Both the position numbers and the translations under genes were made by a program. DNA of 64,000 nt from Alphaproteobacteria bacterium. Its GTDB lineage: Bacteria > Pseudomonadota > Alphaproteobacteria > UBA828. Below the pieces are notes generated by a model. It was not told where the DNA came from, did not search any database, and saw only the letters and a list, made by a program, of their open reading frames with translations. The DNA is taken from positions 832,001 to 896,000 of the forward strand of contig CAXXMU010000001.1 in assembly GCA_963667785.2 (NCBI GenBank), read 5' to 3'. Below are positions 1 through 9,590 of the stretch, in pieces (the first letter of the stretch is position 1; each line of letters opens with the position of its first letter).

Positions 1-600
1 CTCGAGGGAGTGGGTGATGTAGACGAAGGTCTTGCCGGTGGTGCGGTGGAGGTCCTTGAGCTCGACCTCGAGCAGCTTGCGCAGGCGATAGTCGATTGCC
101 GACAGCGGCTCATCAAAGAACAGGATCTCCGGGTCGGACGCGAGCGCGCGGGCGAGCGCCACGCGCTGGCGCTCCCCGCCGGAGCACTTGGTCACGGACT
201 TGTCGTAATAGTCTTCCGGCAGCTGGACCAGCTTCATCAGCGAGAGCCCGCGCTCGCGGCGGGCGCGGCGGCTCTCGCCCCGCATCTTCAGCGAGAACTC
301 GATGTTCTGGCCGACCGTCTTGTGATTGAAGAGGGCGAGGGACTGGAAGACCATGCAGGTGGGCCGCCGGTTGGCGGGCACACTGTTGACCCGCTCCTCG
401 CGCAGGTAGATGTCGCCTACCGTCGGCTTCTCCAGCCCGCCCAGCATGCGGAGCAGCGTGGTCTTGCCGCTGCCCGACGGGCCGACGATGGTGAAGAACT
501 CGCCTTCGCGGATGTTGAGGCTGACGTCGTTCACCGCGACCAGTCGGCCGAACTGCTTGGTCAGGTTGACCATGCGCAGGATGGGCGCGGCTTCCGCCAT
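1..600 (-). CDS. ABC transporter ATP-binding subunit, PotA/polyamine type (3' end runs off the window)
   Basis: Read manually on the minus strand from ATG at 600: MAEAAPILRMVNLTKQFG..., Walker A GPSGSGKTT, signature CSGGERQRVALARAL, Walker B ILFFDEPLSA, TFVYITHS. Confidence 0.9.
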   Translation of the reverse strand, partial: MAEAAPILRMVNLTKQFGRLVAVNDVSLNIREGEFFTIVGPSGSGKTTLLRMLGGLEKPTVGDIYLREERVNSVPANRRPTCMVFQSLALFNHKTVGQNIEFSLKMRGESRRARRERGLSLMKLVQLPEDYYDKSVTKCSGGERQRVALARALASDPEILFFDEPLSAIDYRLRKLLEVELKDLHRTTGKTFVYITHSLE

Positions 601-725
601 GACGCTCGTCCCCTAGTCCTCTTTACGCAAATGCGCCGCCGCCCGGCCGGAGCCGGCCGGGCGTGCGGTCGGAGCGGGAGCGCGCGGCGTCAGCCGCCGC
701 ACGCTCCCGCCGAAGCCGCCCGGGT

Positions 726-1919
726 TTAGCTCTTCTCGCGCCGCGCCGCCGTGTAGATGTCGTAGAGCCGGTTGTAGTCCGGCACCACGTCGTACTCGAC
801 GGAGTGCGAGATGCGGTAGTCGAACTCGTCCCACTGGAAGGAGTCGAGCTCCTCCGCCGTGAACTTGGCGAGCAGTTCAGGCTGCGACATCTGGCCCACC
901 GGCAGCAGGAATCCGCCGGCGGTCGCCACCGCGTAGGAGGTGTCGGGCTGGAGGATGTACTCCATCCAGTCCATGGCCTTCGGGTGCAGGTCTGGATTGT
1001 TGACCACCGAGCTGAGCTCGATCCAGTTGATCCCGCCCTTGCCGTCGGCAGGCCCGCTCTTCGGCACCACGTGATAGAGGTTGGTGAGGCCGTCGAGCCT
1101 GGCTGCCGAGATCGAGTAGGTGCCGCCGCCGAAGTACATGTCGATCTCGCCGTTGACCACGGCGAGGTTCACGGCGACGAAGTCGTCCGAGACCATCTTC
1201 GCGCCGTTGATGAGCCGCCTGGCGGCTTCCTCGAAGATCGCGACCTGGTCGTCGGTCTTCTCCTTGAACGGGTGCAGGCCGGCGGCCATGCAGATGTGCA
1301 TGATGTTCCAGTTGTCGTAGGCGAGGATGCCGTAGCGGCCGGCCATGTCGGGATTGTTGAAGAGATCCCAGCCCTCGTCCTTCGCCATGTCAGCCGAAAT
1401 CACGTCGGTGTTGACGACGAAGTCGAAGGTATCCACCCGCTGGCAGACTCCCAGAAGATGCTCGTTGTCGAGGCTCATCGCCCACTTGTAGGGCGGATGG
1501 AACATCGGCAGCATCGCCTCGAAGTAGGGCTCGAAGCGGGCACGGTCGAGCTCGACGATCAGCCCCTCCGGCCACATCATCTCGCGCGCCCACGGGTTGT
1601 TCAGGTTGATGATGTCCCAGATGGCGGTCTCGCCGGCGCGGAGCTTGTTGACCGAATCCGGGTCGGAGGTGTGAAGCTCGTACTTGATCCCGGTGTCGTA
1701 CTGATCGGTGAAGCCGTCGAGCACGCGCGGGTCGACATAGCCGTCCCACGTCAGCATCGTCAGCTCGTCGGCGGCCCGGGCCCCGCCCGCGAAGGCGCCG
1801 CCCGCGCCGAGCGCGAGCGCGCCTGCACCGATGCCCTGCAGCACCTGCCGCCTGGTTGCGGCGGCGCCCCGCACCGGATCGCGCTTCACCATCTGCTTGA
1901 GAATTCGTTCCTCGTTCAT
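726..1919 (-). CDS. PotD/PotF-family extracellular solute-binding protein with Tat signal
   Basis: TRRQVL twin-arginine leader; LTMLTWDGYVDP N-terminal motif; next to a PotA-like ATPase; ATG 1919 preceded by GGAG. Confidence 0.85.
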   Translation of the reverse strand: MNEERILKQMVKRDPVRGAAATRRQVLQGIGAGALALGAGGAFAGGARAADELTMLTWDGYVDPRVLDGFTDQYDTGIKYELHTSDPDSVNKLRAGETAIWDIINLNNPWAREMMWPEGLIVELDRARFEPYFEAMLPMFHPPYKWAMSLDNEHLLGVCQRVDTFDFVVNTDVISADMAKDEGWDLFNNPDMAGRYGILAYDNWNIMHICMAAGLHPFKEKTDDQVAIFEEAARRLINGAKMVSDDFVAVNLAVVNGEIDMYFGGGTYSISAARLDGLTNLYHVVPKSGPADGKGGINWIELSSVVNNPDLHPKAMDWMEYILQPDTSYAVATAGGFLLPVGQMSQPELLAKFTAEELDSFQWDEFDYRISHSVEYDVVPDYNRLYDIYTAARREKS

Positions 1920-2126
1920 GGCTGTCTCCCCTGTGGCGCCGCGCTGCGGGGCCCGCGTCCAGCCCGTATCCAGCGGCAGCAATAGATCGTGACGCGCCGT
2001 GCGACCTCCGCGTCGGGGCGGAGGCGATCGTCGGCCCAATCTAAACACAATCGCCGCGGCGTCTCACCCCGAAATCGTCTGCCGGCGCAGGCGTCGGCAG
2101 CAGGGAGGGGCGGTGGGGCGGGAGAT

Positions 2127-2846
2127 TCAGCCGGCGCTGGCCATCAGGTCGGCGCGCGCGCGTTCCATGTGGGCCGTGACCACCTCTACGGCGCGCTCGG
2201 CATCGCGCAGCGAGAGCGCCACCAGCAGCGCCCGATGCTCGCCGTTGTAGGCGGAGATCTGGGAGGGCGTGAGAATCTTGTTCTTGATCGAGTCCCACTG
2301 CTGGTGGGTGCGGACGTGGTTGATCCGGTGATAGATGTCCACGAGCAGCGGGTTGTGGGTGGCCTCCGCCAGCCGGAGGTGGAACATCTCGTCGGTCAGC
2401 GAGAACCGCTCGGGGTCCTCCTGCCCTTCCATCTCGGCAAGCGCCCGCTCCAGAGCGGCCATGTCGCGCGCGGTGGCGTTGCGAACCGCCAGCCGCGCCA
2501 TCTGCGGCTCGATGGCAGCACGGACCTCGACCAGTTCGAGTGGCGAGGTGATCTCGGACACGTCGGTATCGCCGAGCTGGGGTTCGTAGATGACGAAGGT
2601 GCCGCTGCCTACCCGGCGCGCCACCAGTCCTCGCGCCGACAGCGAGCGTAGCGCCTCGCGCACCGTGCCGCGCGACGCGGAGAAGGATTCGGCGAGGCTC
2701 CGCTCGGGCGGCAGGCGGTCGCCCGTCGTCAGAGAGCCGTCGAGGATCTGCTGCGCGAGCCGGGCCGCGATCGAGTCGGCAGCCGAATCGGCCGTCCTCG
2801 GTGCGCCGCCGTTCCCGTCTCCGGACCGTGTGCCTTCTGCCTCCAT
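2127..2846 (-). CDS. GntR/FadR-family transcriptional regulator (FCD domain)
   Basis: GDRLPPERSLAESFSASRGTVREAL winged HTH; DEMFHLRLAEATHNPLL FCD motif. Confidence 0.92.
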   Translation of the reverse strand: MEAEGTRSGDGNGGAPRTADSAADSIAARLAQQILDGSLTTGDRLPPERSLAESFSASRGTVREALRSLSARGLVARRVGSGTFVIYEPQLGDTDVSEITSPLELVEVRAAIEPQMARLAVRNATARDMAALERALAEMEGQEDPERFSLTDEMFHLRLAEATHNPLLVDIYHRINHVRTHQQWDSIKNKILTPSQISAYNGEHRALLVALSLRDAERAVEVVTAHMERARADLMASAG

Positions 2847-2969
2847 CGCACCAGCCCATCAGTCGTCGCGTATCGCCCGACGGTTGTCCCACGGCACTGC
2901 AGGCAGCGGGTGGACCGCGAGCATCCCATTGCTTTAATCAATTTCTGAGAATCGTTCAACCATTTATTA

Positions 2970-3038
2970 CAATTGGTACACAATTGGTCACATCAGCTAT
3001 GCCATTGGTTTGGCGATTGGCGCACAATTGGCTTGACA
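2970..3038. promoter_or_regulatory. AT-rich divergent promoter with five ATTGG repeats (putative GntR operator) and a TTGACA -35 box
   Basis: ATTGG at 2972, 2983, 3004, 3016, 3027; TTGACA at 3033-3038; lies between the GntR gene and the catabolic operon. Confidence 0.55.
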
Positions 3039-3104
3039 AATGTCGGCCTCCCGGCTTGAGTCCGCCCCCGAAATTCGGTCCCGCAATGCCGAGGAGGCGG
3101 ATGG

Positions 3105-4448
3105 ATGGCGCTCCCGGGCCACGTCAAGTATCTGGTCATCGGTGCCGGAATCCACGGCCTGAGCACGGCCTATCACCTGGCCCTCGGGCTGGAGGCGGAG
3201 GGGCGCGGCAGCGGCGCCGACATCGCGGTGGTGGACAAGACCGCGATCGCCGCCGGCGCCTCCGGCATCGCCTGCGGCGTGGTCCGCAACAACTATTACC
3301 AGCCCGCGATGCGCGAGCTGATGGCCGCCTGCGTCGAGGTGTGGGAGAGCGACCCCGAGGCCTACCACTACCACCCCGTGGGCTACATGCAGATCAGCCC
3401 CGAGAGCATGCACGGGCAGGTCGCCGAGATCGCCGAGCAGCAGCGGGCGATCGGCTACGAGTCCGAGTTCGTCGAGGGCGAGGCCGACTGCGCGCGCTAC
3501 ATGCAGCGGCTGTTCGGCGACTGGCGGGCGCCGGGCGTGACCTCCATCCTGCACGAGAAGAAGGGCGGCTACGCCAACAACCGCGCCTCCATGCTGGGGC
3601 TCGCGGCCAAGGCGGAGGGCACGGGCGTGCGCATCCTCACCGGTGTCGAGGTCACGGGCTTCGGCTTCGGCGCCAACTCGAAGGCCGTGACCTCGGTTGA
3701 GACCAGCGAGGGCAGCATCGGAGTCGATCAGGTCGTCGTCGGCGCGGGCCCCTGGGTGCCTCGCATCTGGGACATGCTGGACCTGCCGGATCGCATCGAC
3801 CTGAAGGACCTCGAGGGCACGGTGCACCGCGACGTCGCGATGTGGCGCTTCTGGTGCCTCGAGGAGGGCACCCTCGGCGTCGAGCCCTCGTTCGGCATGA
3901 CGGATGCCGGGTCGATGCCGCCAGTCATCCACGTCGATTCCGACGAGCCCCTCTATTCCGACGTGGACGGCAGGCTGATCACCGACGAGATGTGGGGCAT
4001 CTACTACAAGCCCGACTTCAATTTCGGCGGCGTCCAGGGCGGCGCCGCGCCCTACAAGGTGGAGACGCCTGCCGCCGACGTGGCGATCGATCCCTACGGG
4101 CCGGAATCGCCCGAGTTCATCGTCGACGACGAGTTCAGGGAGATGTGGTGCTCGGCGCTCGCCTTCTGCCAGGGCCGCTACAGCGGCCAGATCGGGCGCT
4201 GGCGCGACGAGCCCTCGGGCGGGATCGGCGCGTTCACCGCGGACAGCTTTCCCGTCTTCGACCGCTTCCGCGAGAACTGCTATGTGATCGCCGATTCGAA
4301 CCACGGCTACAAGATGCTCGCCGTCGGCAAGCTGGTCGCCGAAGAGCTGCTAGGCCGGGAGAGCGCCCTGCTGCAGCCCTTCCGCTTCTCGCGCTTTGCC
4401 GAGGGCCGCCTTCACCCGACCTCCAACAGCCCCTTCCCGTGGAGCTGA
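3105..4448 (+). CDS. FAD-dependent oxidoreductase, DAO/sarcosine-oxidase-beta (MgdA/SoxB-like)
   Basis: VIGAGIHGLSTAYHLA Rossmann motif; GASGIACGVVR; C-terminal HGYKM..VGKLVAEEL...PFRFSRF. Confidence 0.8.
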   Translation: MALPGHVKYLVIGAGIHGLSTAYHLALGLEAEGRGSGADIAVVDKTAIAAGASGIACGVVRNNYYQPAMRELMAACVEVWESDPEAYHYHPVGYMQISPESMHGQVAEIAEQQRAIGYESEFVEGEADCARYMQRLFGDWRAPGVTSILHEKKGGYANNRASMLGLAAKAEGTGVRILTGVEVTGFGFGANSKAVTSVETSEGSIGVDQVVVGAGPWVPRIWDMLDLPDRIDLKDLEGTVHRDVAMWRFWCLEEGTLGVEPSFGMTDAGSMPPVIHVDSDEPLYSDVDGRLITDEMWGIYYKPDFNFGGVQGGAAPYKVETPAADVAIDPYGPESPEFIVDDEFREMWCSALAFCQGRYSGQIGRWRDEPSGGIGAFTADSFPVFDRFRENCYVIADSNHGYKMLAVGKLVAEELLGRESALLQPFRFSRFAEGRLHPTSNSPFPWS

Positions 4449-4481
4449 CGAGGCCACGCGACCGCCAGGGAGGAAGCGCAG

Positions 4482-5951
4482 ATGACCGATCTCGAGGCCC
4501 ATGTGAACCGGGAGGGCCGCGCCGAGCTGGTGCGGCAGGTGCGCGCCAAGATCGACGAGCTGGGCGTCACCTATATCTACTACCAGTTCGTCTCGGTCAC
4601 CGGGCGGATCGTCGGCAAGGGCATCCCCGCCGATCATTGGGAGCAGATCGCCGAGCGCGGCTTCCAGCTCGTCTACGGCTCCACCGCCAATCTCTTTACC
4701 GACCGCCACTCCAATTACATCGGCTACGGGCCGGAGGCGTCCGAGCTGGTCGGCATTCCCGATCCCGAGACCTTCGTCCAGCTGCCCTGGGACAAGCGCG
4801 TCGCGCGCGTCTTCTGCACCTGCTTCCGCAACCGCGAGGAGCGGGAGAACCCCGGCGGCCACCTGACCTCGGACTGTCGCGGCAACCTGCGGATCATCCA
4901 CGACGAGTTCCAGGCCAAGCACGGCATGCAGATGCGCCACGGCACCGAGCCCGAGATGATGTGGCTGAAGCGCGGCGCTGACGGCGGCACTGACGGCGGC
5001 GTGACCAAGCCCAACTGCTACCACATCGACCAGTTCGAGGAGCTCAGGCCGATCTTCATGCAGGTGGTCGAGTACTCCCAGGCCATGGGTCTCGACATGA
5101 TCCAGGGCGACCACGAGGACGCGCCCGGCCAGCTCGAGCTCAACTTCACCTTCGACGACGCGCTGAGGACCGCCGACCGGCTCACCACCTACCGCCAGAT
5201 CTGCGCCCAGGTCGCGCGCGAGCACGGCGTCATCGCCTGCTTCATGTCGAAGCCCTTCATGGGGGTCTCGGCCAGCGGCTGCCACCACAACGTCTCGCTC
5301 TGGTCGGGCGGGGCGCAGCAGGTCAACGCGCTCCATCAGGACCCGATCGCCGGCATGGACGACACCTTTAGCTACTGGAAGGGCGGCGAGAACCTGTTCA
5401 TGCCGGATCCCAAGCTGGATGCCCACAAGCCCGGGCCGGTCGGCCTGCAATGCATCGGGGGCGTGATGGAGCACCTTGCCGCGCTCACCGCGCTGGGCTC
5501 GTCCACGGTCAACTCGTATCGGCGGCTGTGGGATACGGGCTTCTGGGCGCCAGTCTTCGCCGACTGGGGCTACCAGAACCGGACCTGCGGCCTGCGCGTC
5601 TCGGCACCGGGCCGATTCGAGTATCGCTCGGTCGATTCGATGGTCAATCCGTACCTGATGGCTGGCGCCATTCTCAAGGCCTTCGACGACGGCATCGGCC
5701 GCGACCTCGACCCGGGCGAGCCGGAGGAGCGCAACATCTACCAGGCCATGGAGGCCGGCAAGCTGGTGAAGAAGCTGCCGATGTCGCTCGGCGAGGCGCT
5801 CGATGCGCTGGAGCGCGACGAGGTCATCAGGGCGGCGCTGCCGGACGAGATGCTCAAGGTCTTCATGCACTACAAACGTGACGAGTGGGAGCGCTTCATG
5901 TCCACCGTCACCGAATGGGACGTCGAGACCTATCTCGACTGCCTGCCCTAA
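4482..5951 (+). CDS. Glutamine-synthetase-like gamma-glutamylamide ligase (GmaS/GlnT-like)
   Basis: GTEPE, DHEDAPGQLE, FMSKP, SGCHHNVS, NSYRRL, NRT, RFEYR motifs; directly upstream of mgs/glx-like genes. Confidence 0.85.
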   Translation: MTDLEAHVNREGRAELVRQVRAKIDELGVTYIYYQFVSVTGRIVGKGIPADHWEQIAERGFQLVYGSTANLFTDRHSNYIGYGPEASELVGIPDPETFVQLPWDKRVARVFCTCFRNREERENPGGHLTSDCRGNLRIIHDEFQAKHGMQMRHGTEPEMMWLKRGADGGTDGGVTKPNCYHIDQFEELRPIFMQVVEYSQAMGLDMIQGDHEDAPGQLELNFTFDDALRTADRLTTYRQICAQVAREHGVIACFMSKPFMGVSASGCHHNVSLWSGGAQQVNALHQDPIAGMDDTFSYWKGGENLFMPDPKLDAHKPGPVGLQCIGGVMEHLAALTALGSSTVNSYRRLWDTGFWAPVFADWGYQNRTCGLRVSAPGRFEYRSVDSMVNPYLMAGAILKAFDDGIGRDLDPGEPEERNIYQAMEAGKLVKKLPMSLGEALDALERDEVIRAALPDEMLKVFMHYKRDEWERFMSTVTEWDVETYLDCLP

Positions 5952-5974
5952 CCGAAGCGAGAAGCGAGGCGCCC

Positions 5975-6931
5975 ATGTGCGGGATAGCAGGACTGATCCA
6001 CCGGGGATCGAGCGGAGACATCGGCGCGGAGATGACCGCGATGCTTCAGGCGTTGAAGCACCGCGGGCCGGATTCGACCGGCTTTGCCATCTACGGCATT
6101 CCGGCAGGCTCCGACCACGTGATGCGCTTCAAGGTGGCGGAGCAGGAGGACATCGGCAAGGGCTTCGAAATCCACCAGCAGATCAAGGATCGCAAGGCGG
6201 AGGTCGATGCGCGCATCCGCAGCATGGACGTGGAGATCCTCGGCGAGGACGAGGCGACCGAGTATGCGTTCCGCTACCGCCTGCGCTTCCCCGGTGACGA
6301 CGATGACGGCCAGCAGCGACTCAAGCGCTTTGCCGACTACATCGAGGACGTCGAGGGGGCGGAGATCCTCTCCCTCGGCCGCGCGCTGGAGCTCATCAAG
6401 GACCTGGGCGACGCCGGCATCGTGAGCGAGCAGTACAGCCTCGCCGGCTTCCAGGGCACCCACGCCATCGGCCACACGCGGATGGCCACGGAATCCGACG
6501 TCGATATCCGCTCGGCCCATCCCTACTGGGCCTATCCCTTCACCGATATCTCCGTGGTCCACAACGGCCAGCTCACCAACTACTGGAAGTTCCGCCGGGC
6601 GCTGGAGCACCGGGGCCATCGTTTCATGTCGAATTGCGATTCCGAGCTGATCGCCGTCTACCTCGCCGACCGGATCGAGCGGGGCGATTCGCTCAAGGAC
6701 GCGATGGACCGCTCGGTGAGCGAGCTCGACGGCGTCTTCACCTACCTGGTGGCGACCGCCGACAGCCTGGGCATGGCCAAGGACACGATGGCGGCCAAGC
6801 CCATGGTGCTCTACGAGAGCGACGACTTCGTCGGCCTCGCCTCGGAGGAAGTCGCCATCCGCAGCATCATGCCCGACGAGATCGACACCTGGGATCCCTA
6901 CGAGGGGGAGGTCAAGGTATGGCAGAACTGA
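5975..6931 (+). CDS. Class II (Ntn) glutamine amidotransferase, MgsA/GlxB-like
   Basis: Starts MCGIAG; HRGPDSTG, IGHTRMATES, AHP, HNGQLTNY, DSE motifs. Confidence 0.88.
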   Translation: MCGIAGLIHRGSSGDIGAEMTAMLQALKHRGPDSTGFAIYGIPAGSDHVMRFKVAEQEDIGKGFEIHQQIKDRKAEVDARIRSMDVEILGEDEATEYAFRYRLRFPGDDDDGQQRLKRFADYIEDVEGAEILSLGRALELIKDLGDAGIVSEQYSLAGFQGTHAIGHTRMATESDVDIRSAHPYWAYPFTDISVVHNGQLTNYWKFRRALEHRGHRFMSNCDSELIAVYLADRIERGDSLKDAMDRSVSELDGVFTYLVATADSLGMAKDTMAAKPMVLYESDDFVGLASEEVAIRSIMPDEIDTWDPYEGEVKVWQN

Positions 6932-7770
6932 GCCCCGCCGACCGGCACAAATCCCATGACATGGGGCTGCACGCCGAGCAGCTCGCCGGCCGCACCCAGC
7001 AGGTCTTCTTCTCGCCCGAGGAAGGCGACAACTACACCTATCCCGAGGGCTTCGACGTCGACTTCTCGAAGAAGGCGACGATCGACGTGGCGGAGATGGA
7101 GGCGCCCGAGGTCAACCTCCGCATCCGCGAGCTGATGGGCGAGGGCTACGGCCACATCGTGGTTCAGAACCCGCTGGCCAAGCATTCGCTCGGCGTCGGC
7201 ATCCTCAACCGCCTGAAGCTCGATTTCGAGGGCAGCCTCGGCTACTTCGGCTGCGGCCTGATCGACGGCCCCAACGTCCACATCAAGGGCCGCGTCGGCT
7301 GGTCCTGCGCCGAGAACATGATGGCCGGCGTCGTGGTGGTGGAGAAGAACGCGGGCTCGACCTTCGGCGCGGCGCTTCGCGGTGGCGACCTCGTCTGCAA
7401 GGGCGACGTGGGCTCGCGCACCGGCATCGACATGAAGGGCGGCACCATCCTCATCGGCGGCCGTGCCGGCGCGTTCACCGGCTTCATGATGCAGCGCGGC
7501 CGCATCGTCATCCTCGGCGACGCGGGCCCCAACCTCGGCGATTCCCTCTACGACGGCACGATCTTCGTCGGCGGCACCATCGCCTCCCTCGGCGTCGACG
7601 CCGTGCCCGGCGAGATCACCGACGTCGAGGCGCGCTGGCTCGAGCGGAAGCTCGAGACCTACGGGCTGGAGGCGCCGAACGGCGTCGCCGGGCTCACCAA
7701 GATCGTCGCCGGCAAGCAGCTCTGGAACTACGACAACCTCGAACCGACCGAGAAGAAGATCGCGCTCTGA
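6919..7770 (+). CDS. GXGXG-motif beta-helix protein, MgsB/GlxC-like
   Basis: Repeated Gly motifs (GSLGYFGCG, GRVGWSCAENMMAG, GDVGSRTGIDMKGG, GFMMQRG, GDSLYDG); overlaps the stop of the previous gene. Confidence 0.85.
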   Translation: MAELSPADRHKSHDMGLHAEQLAGRTQQVFFSPEEGDNYTYPEGFDVDFSKKATIDVAEMEAPEVNLRIRELMGEGYGHIVVQNPLAKHSLGVGILNRLKLDFEGSLGYFGCGLIDGPNVHIKGRVGWSCAENMMAGVVVVEKNAGSTFGAALRGGDLVCKGDVGSRTGIDMKGGTILIGGRAGAFTGFMMQRGRIVILGDAGPNLGDSLYDGTIFVGGTIASLGVDAVPGEITDVEARWLERKLETYGLEAPNGVAGLTKIVAGKQLWNYDNLEPTEKKIAL

Positions 7771-7811
7771 GCGCGCCTTCTCGCCGATCGCTACCCTGCA
7801 AGGAGCCCGCA

Positions 7812-9179
7812 ATGGCAAGCGACAGACGCGACGCCGCCGCCAACCGGCCCAGCCGCAACCGTCACATTCTGGGGCGGAGCAGCATCTTCTCGCCGGAGGT
7901 GATCGACGACATCCACATCAAGGCGGAGCTCGGCCGCTACCGGATGCGGGGCTTCTCGCTCTTCAAGAACATCCCCACCTTCGACGACCTGACCTTCCTG
8001 CCGGGCACGCTCACGCGCTTCGTCATCGAGGGCTACCGCGAGAAGTGCACCACGACCACGGTGATCGGGCCCAAGGCCAAGCGCCCGCTCGTGCTCGACA
8101 TCCCGGTCTACGTCACCGGCATGAGCTTCGGCGCGCTCTCCTACGAGGCCAAGACCGCGCTCGCCCGCGGCGCCACCATGGCCGGGACGGCAACCTGCTC
8201 CGGCGAGGGCGGCATGATCCCCGACGAGCGCCGCTATTCTGAGAAGTGGCTCTACCAGTGCATCCAGTCGCGCTACGGCTTCAACCCTCACCATCTGAGG
8301 CTGGCGGACGCCTGCGAGTTCTTCATCGGCCAGGGCTGCAAGGTCGGGCTCGGCGGCCATCTGATGGGGCAGAAGGTCACCGACCAGGTGGCCGAGATGC
8401 GCTCGCTGCCCGCCGGCATCGACCAGCGCTCGCCGGCGCGCCATCCGGACTGGCTGGGGCCTGACGATCTCGCCCTCAAGATCAACGAGATCAGGGAAGC
8501 TACCAACGCCGAGATCCCGATCCAGCTCAAGCTCGGCGCCGCCCGCGTCTATGACGACGTGCGCATGGCGATCAAGACGGGGCCCGACAGCATCTACATC
8601 GACGGCATGGAGGGCTCGACCGGCGCCGGCCCGCACCTGGCGACCGAGGAGACCGGCGTGCCCGGCATCGCCGCGATCCGCCAGGCGCGCAAGGCGCTCG
8701 ACGACCTCGGCGCCACCGGAAGCATCAGCCTGGTCTATGCCGGCGGCGTCAGGAACGGCGGCGACATCGCCAAGGCGCTGGCGTTGGGTGCCGACGCGGT
8801 CGCCATCGGCCACTCGGTAATGATGGCGCTCAACTGCAACAAGGACATCCCGGAGGCCGACTACGAGTCGGAGATCGGCGTCGAGGCCGGCTACTGCTAT
8901 CACTGCCACACCGGCCGCTGCCCGGTGGGCGTCGCCACGCAGGATCCGGAGCTGCGCCAGAGACTGGACCCCGACGAGGCGGCGGAGCGGGTCTACAACT
9001 TCCTGCACACGCTGACGCTGGAGTGCCAGATGATGGCGCGCGCCTGCGGCAAGACCGACGTCCACAGCCTGGAGCCCGAGGACCTCGCGGCGCTCACCAT
9101 GGAGGCATCCGCCATGGCCCAGGTACCGCTCGCAGGCTCGCAGCACACCGTCGGCCGCCCCGACATGAACCGCTACTAG
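7812..9179 (+). CDS. FMN-binding glutamate-synthase-family protein, MgsC/GlxD-like
   Basis: GMSFGALS, SGEGGM, GQGCKVGLGGHL, RSPARHPD, GDIAKALALGADAV, Fe-S motif CYHCHTGRCPVGVATQDP. Confidence 0.9.
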   Translation: MASDRRDAAANRPSRNRHILGRSSIFSPEVIDDIHIKAELGRYRMRGFSLFKNIPTFDDLTFLPGTLTRFVIEGYREKCTTTTVIGPKAKRPLVLDIPVYVTGMSFGALSYEAKTALARGATMAGTATCSGEGGMIPDERRYSEKWLYQCIQSRYGFNPHHLRLADACEFFIGQGCKVGLGGHLMGQKVTDQVAEMRSLPAGIDQRSPARHPDWLGPDDLALKINEIREATNAEIPIQLKLGAARVYDDVRMAIKTGPDSIYIDGMEGSTGAGPHLATEETGVPGIAAIRQARKALDDLGATGSISLVYAGGVRNGGDIAKALALGADAVAIGHSVMMALNCNKDIPEADYESEIGVEAGYCYHCHTGRCPVGVATQDPELRQRLDPDEAAERVYNFLHTLTLECQMMARACGKTDVHSLEPEDLAALTMEASAMAQVPLAGSQHTVGRPDMNRY

Positions 9180-9194
9180 GACCGGAGAGGCGCC

Positions 9195-9587
9195 ATGAGC
9201 GACAAGACCGGCGACGTCGACTACTACCTGAGCCAGAGCGGCCTCGACAGCGAGCGCGAGAAGGAGATCGGCCAGCACATCGGCTATCGCTACGATGTGA
9301 ACCTGGTGCCGGACTACGAGCGGATCACCCCCTTCCTCAAGCGCTACGTCGAGACCATGGGCTGGACCGACCTGAACTGGCTCGAGGACGTCCATATGGG
9401 CTACGAGGAGGGCCGGCCGGCGGTGTTCGATCGCAACATCAACGGCTGGGTCTCGGTGCCGGCGGACCTGGAGCTGCCGGACAATCAGCAGGACCGCGAC
9501 ATGCTCGCCCGCGAGCTGCTGGTGAAGTTCCAGATGTCGCCCCGGCACCCCATGTCCGACCTCAACGGGGCCTATCGCAAGTTCTAG
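9195..9587 (+). CDS. Hypothetical protein, last gene of the mgs-like operon
   Basis: GGAGAG RBS, 15 bp after the upstream stop; high-GC3 codon usage; no motif recognised. Confidence 0.75.
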   Translation: MSDKTGDVDYYLSQSGLDSEREKEIGQHIGYRYDVNLVPDYERITPFLKRYVETMGWTDLNWLEDVHMGYEEGRPAVFDRNINGWVSVPADLELPDNQQDRDMLARELLVKFQMSPRHPMSDLNGAYRKF

Positions 9588-9590
9588 ACG

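Noticed and set aside
4482-5951. Housekeeping glnA
   Set aside because: It lacks the GSI N-terminal FDGSS motif, and its mgs-like context points to a gamma-glutamylamide ligase
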